In this document: piece by piece, positions 62,927 to 64,000 of the stretch
How the letters are laid out: every line of letters begins with the position of its first letter
Position numbering within the stretch: the first letter of the stretch is position 1
From: Chiloscyllium plagiosum
Lineage: Eukaryota
Direction: 5' to 3'
Assembly (NCBI RefSeq): GCF_004010195.1
Contig: NC_057735.1
Coordinates: 2,055,308-2,119,307, forward strand
DNA: 64,000 bases
The notes under the pieces: generated by a model
Seen by the model: only the letters and a program-made list of their open reading frames with translations
What the model was told of the DNA's origin: nothing
Database searches by the model: none
Position numbers and translations under genes: made by a program

Positions 62927-63131
62927 AAAGTGAGGACTGCAGATGCTGGAGACCAGAGTTGAAAAACATGCTGGAAAAACACAGCAGGCCGGGCAGGAGA
63001 ATCGACGTTTCGGGCATAAGCCCTTCTTCAGGAATTCCTGAAGAAGGGCTTATGCCCGAAATGTCGATTCTCCTTCCCCCTCGGATGCTGCCTGGCCTGC
63101 TGTGTTTTTTCCAGCACCACATTTTTCAACT
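62927..63131. mobile_element. 205-bp palindromic Penelope-derived element with back-to-back hammerhead motifs
   Basis: Palindrome centred on GGAATTCC (63031-63038); 16-bp direct repeat CTTATTCTTCTTGGAG (62911-62926) / CTTATTCTCCTTGGAG (63132-63147). Confidence 0.85.
63004..63031 (-). ncRNA. minimal hammerhead motif with intact core; mirror copy on + at 63038-63065
   Basis: CTGAAGA-A-GGGC-TTAT-GCCC-GAAA-CG-TC: CUGANGA, 4-bp stem II, GAAA, palindromic ACGT in place of stem III, GUC cleavage triplet; stem I is weak. Confidence 0.65.
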
Positions 63132-63267
63132 CTTATTCTCCTTGGAGCAGAGGAGATTTTAAGAGGTGACCTTTATTGAGGTGTTCAAAGTTATGAGCAA
63201 CATTGACAGAGTAAAAAAGGATATTGTTTCCACTGGTTGGTAAGTCAGTAACTTGGGGTCACCATAG

Positions 63268-63590
63268 TGCGGCACAGTGGCTCAGTGGTTAGCACTGTTG
63301 CCTCACTGCTAGGGACCCTGGGTTCAATTCCAGCCTCGGGCGACTGTCAGTGTGGAGTTTGCACGTTCTCCCTGTGTTTGCGTGGCTTTCCTCCGGGTGC
63401 TCCAGTTTCCTTACACTGTCCAAAGATGTGCAGATTAGATAAATTGGCCATGCTAAATTGCCTATAGTAATCAGGGATGTGTAGGTTAGGTGCATTCGTC
63501 ACAGGAAATGTAGGGTAACGGGTCTGGGTGCGATACACTTCAGAGGGTAGGTGTAGACTTGTTGGGCTGAAGGGCCTGTTTCCACACTAG
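63268..63590 (+). mobile_element. V-SINE (HE1-type)
   Basis: A/B boxes TGGCTCAGTGG / GGTTCAATTCC and V-domain core. Confidence 0.88.
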
Positions 63591-64000
63591 AAATTCTAAA
63601 AATGCAAATTCTCATACATTTCCAAGGTTGTTAGGAGAGAGATGAGGAGAAACCTCTTAGTGTTGTTAGGATTTGGAATGTGCTGCCTGGGAGAGTGGGG
63701 GAGGAGGTTTCAAAAAGAGAGGTGGGGTATGTATTTGAAAGTGATGGAAGTTAGAGAGCTGTGAAGATGGGGCTGGAGAGTGGAGTGAGCTGGGTAGCTC
63801 TTTCAGGAGCCAGTACAGATATGGGCCAAGTGCTCTCCTGTATTGTAAAATTCTATGATTCTACGTACCTCTGGTTTTGTGAAGAATAATGTATTGGGAA
63901 TTGTTAATCTGACAGTATTGCTCACTCACCAAGTGAGAATGGAGGATATCAAATCCCCCCCCAACACCCACTTCCCTAAGGATGAACATAATGCAGACTA

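Larger units (their letters stand above)
62870..63862 (+). mobile_element. old CR1 3' end hosting two nested insertions
   Basis: GLFSLEQRR.RGD...EVFKVM and TTCTATGATTCTA tail; split by 62927-63131 and 63268-63590. Confidence 0.8.

Overview
Vertebrate genomic DNA, very probably from a shark or other elasmobranch (inferred from HE1-type V-SINEs with (ATCTA)n tails, Deu-domain SINEs and dense CR1 LINEs). Three intron-containing genes can be reconstructed with phase-compatible GT-AG junctions. (1) ATXN7L2 on +: seven coding segments between 6842 and 22922; the first exon was not found (presumably upstream) and some exons are probably hidden in an N gap. (2) CYB561D1 on +: 3 exons, 49658-56701, 236 aa, four heme-ligand His. 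(3) A minus-strand 3-exon gene that the ORF track shows only as separate pieces (48543-48442, 48016-47850, 45196-44401; 354 aa). Its protein looks like a ZSWIM3/ZSWIM9-type Mutator-transposase-derived Zn DNA-binding domain joined directly to a ZSWIM3-like C-terminal helix, without the DDE and SWIM domains. It lies head-to-head with CYB561D1 across a CpG-rich promoter and is the best candidate for an undescribed gene. The second notable signal is a set of short Penelope-derived elements, most of them fold-back and several with 10-16 bp flanking direct repeats, carrying minimal hammerhead-ribozyme motifs in at least four sequence families. The rest is CR1, SINE and solo-LTR debris, three minisatellites and four assembly gaps. 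All family assignments are from recall of known sequences; no searches were run.
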